64,000 nt of DNA, from contig MU008158.1 of NCBI GenBank assembly GCA_010909165.1, positions 1,699,478-1,763,477 of the forward strand. The letters run 5' to 3'. The translations under genes were made by a program, and so were the position numbers. Below the pieces are notes generated by a model that searched no databases, was not told the DNA's origin, and was given only the letters and a program-made list of their open reading frames with translations. This DNA comes from Anthoceros angustus. Lineage: Eukaryota; Plantae; Anthocerotophyta. How positions within the stretch are numbered: the first letter of the stretch is position 1; every line of letters starts with the position of its first letter. Of this stretch, positions 61,901 through 64,000 are shown in pieces.

Positions 61901-63801
61901 CATTATCTTGCTTAGATAATATATTGCTGAGTTCCTCACCTGAAAAAAAAAGTCAACGGTTCTAGTGGTAGAAACGGATAACCAATGCAAAATCGAAGCT
62001 TCTTAAAACAGTACCTGAAAGTCTGTTGACCCTAGCCTGAGCTTCTGCTCGTTCAGTGACACCAGAGACAAACGTAATATCTAACTCTAACGGTGTCTTT
62101 CCTGTAATCTGTGAACCGGTAAATGGTACCCAACAGGACAGGACAAGTTTAGCACAGGACACTTACAAGTAAATCAAGACTGTGCTGGTAGACTTACAAA
62201 GCATGCTAAGACCCAAAAGAAATGCTTGTTGCATACGACCACAACCAACCTGGAAGATTGCCGTGTTGGATGCCTGATGCACTTCGTTAGGAAGTTGTAA
62301 GCGCCCATTTGTTTGGACCTGATATCAGACTGCTTGTGAAGGTCATCCAGATTCTAAAAGACACAAGGTCGTTCAGGCACAACAAAGAGCAAGGTCCAGT
62401 GGCTATTAGTATACCTGTTCGTGCAACACTGCCAAAACAAGCTGAGTAAAATTGTGCATGTGATTGGTATTTAAACCCACGTAATTTATGACCGGTGCAT
62501 CCTGTTCACATACAGGAGTACAAAATCAGCAATGTAATAACTCGGTCACACCCCTAAGATTCAAAAGGACCAATAGATTGCCCTACTGCCGTCATATGCG
62601 AGCATTATAAGTGAGAACCTCTCTTATAACAACGAGCCAGATATCACAGATACACAGGGGTAACCCCTATCACCTGTACCTTCTGCTGGATATGCAGTTC
62701 CCAGTCGTTGATTTCTTTGGAGGAACCAGAGACAGCAGGCCCGCCATGCTCATCTCCCTGCCTAGGCCACAGATTCAAGATGCCTCCTTGTTCATCGTGA
62801 ATATATAAGAACAATGAGCTGAAGCTTTCCTCCCTGAAAAGGACAAGTATGTCAGCTCCAACACCTGACTTGAACAGGTTCTCAGGTAGGGACAGCTGAT
62901 TAGCAAAACACAATACCTCAGACCTTCGACCTTGATGCGGGCAGCCCAGTCACCACCATACCCTGCCCCTGATTCCAAGCTTTTTATGAAGGATGTAGAA
63001 AGTAACGTGGCCTTATCTACCAATTCCTGCTCCACTCCCCCAGAGAAGCTCAACTTATCACATATACAACACTTCCTGCACAGCTCAAAATGGCAAACCT
63101 CCAGACTTCCAGAAGGTGAACCGACAAGTTGCACACATACCTGATGCCCATACGTGACACCATCATGCTTTAACCATCCATATCTCTCCAACCCGTCAGA
63201 TTCCTCACACGTATGCCGCAGAGAAAACTGGCCATCTTTTATTCCGACCCACATCAAGCCAACCAACAACGATTTCGGGGACCTGAATTGCCCCATCATC
63301 AGGACGACAAATGTCGGCAATGAGCTATGCTGTAAAGAGATGACGCCTTAAAACCTGCTGCCTGCAGAGACACCAACCTGGTGCGAAGGCCAAAGTAAAG
63401 ATGTGGTCGGTAAGTGCCCCAAAACAGCCGTTCCCGATGCTCACCTTGAAACTGCCACATGGTTGCAGAACTCAGCACAAAATTTGCAGTTGTGCAAGGC
63501 ACAGGAGCATTCGTTCACAATCTGTACTGACCTGTGGCAGATCTGCAACCCGCTCTGCTGGCAGCGGTGTAATTGCTGTAACTTCTGGTGCACTATGGAT
63601 ATCTGCGTACCAGGATTTCACAAACGTCCTCAATGCTAGCACGATTAGCGATGCCAAAATCCCGTACATGGGAATTCTGATGTAGGCAGGGCGCTGCTTG
63701 GCAGCCTTGGGCGGTCTTCTGGGGGGCTTGATCTGTCCAGACTGCGATGCAGCACCCTTGCCGGGCCTGCGCTGCTTCATGGTGCCTTCCACCTGATCCA
63801 T
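58952..63801 (-). CDS. GCS1: Mannosyl-oligosaccharide glucosidase (ER glucosidase I, GH63), many exons
   Basis: Basic N-terminus + [96 protein letters not shown]...HPFTGWTAL. The start could be 63801 or 63780. Confidence 0.95.
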
Positions 63802-64000
63802 AACTCAATGTTCACTCCTTTGAGCCTGAGTCGGATCCTGAGGTCTAACAAGTCATCACGTAGCACTGCATGCAGCGTGCGTTTTCTCACGACTTGCCAT
63901 GTGTCTAGGCTAAACCCAGGATGCACGGGACCTCTAAAACCCCAGGCCCTAGTGTGTGAAGTCTGTGTGTTTGGAGCTTTCCTATTCGAGGTCGTTCAAT

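Overview
Compact, intron-rich nuclear DNA from a non-seed land plant, most likely a hornwort (inferred from short introns, high gene density and GRP/DRH-type DYW:KP PPR genes). Genes in order: a cryptic 4-exon metallothionein-like gene missed by the ORF track, COMMD2 head-to-head with AP-2 sigma, a GT47 xyloglucan galactosyltransferase, an adjacent 2OG-dioxygenase + BAHD acyltransferase pair, a SET-less SRA-YDG protein, a ~7 kb repeat/tandem-duplication block, three PLS-class PPR genes with variant DYW:KP domains (the class linked to U-to-C organellar RNA editing), an NPU-like gene, an AT-rich intronless GDSL pseudogene, an ACC-synthase-like aminotransferase, RBM39, YIF1 and glucosidase I (GCS1). 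The most striking observation is that two of the three DYW:KP PPR genes carry an N-terminal 'WWDNR..K....PDF..K....LW' motif matching the PDF ssDNA-binding motif of organellar OSB proteins, i.e. a putative ssDNA-binder/RNA-editor fusion. One of these two paralogs has expanded from 14 to about 32 PPR motifs. All exon boundaries were read by eye and no database searches were run.
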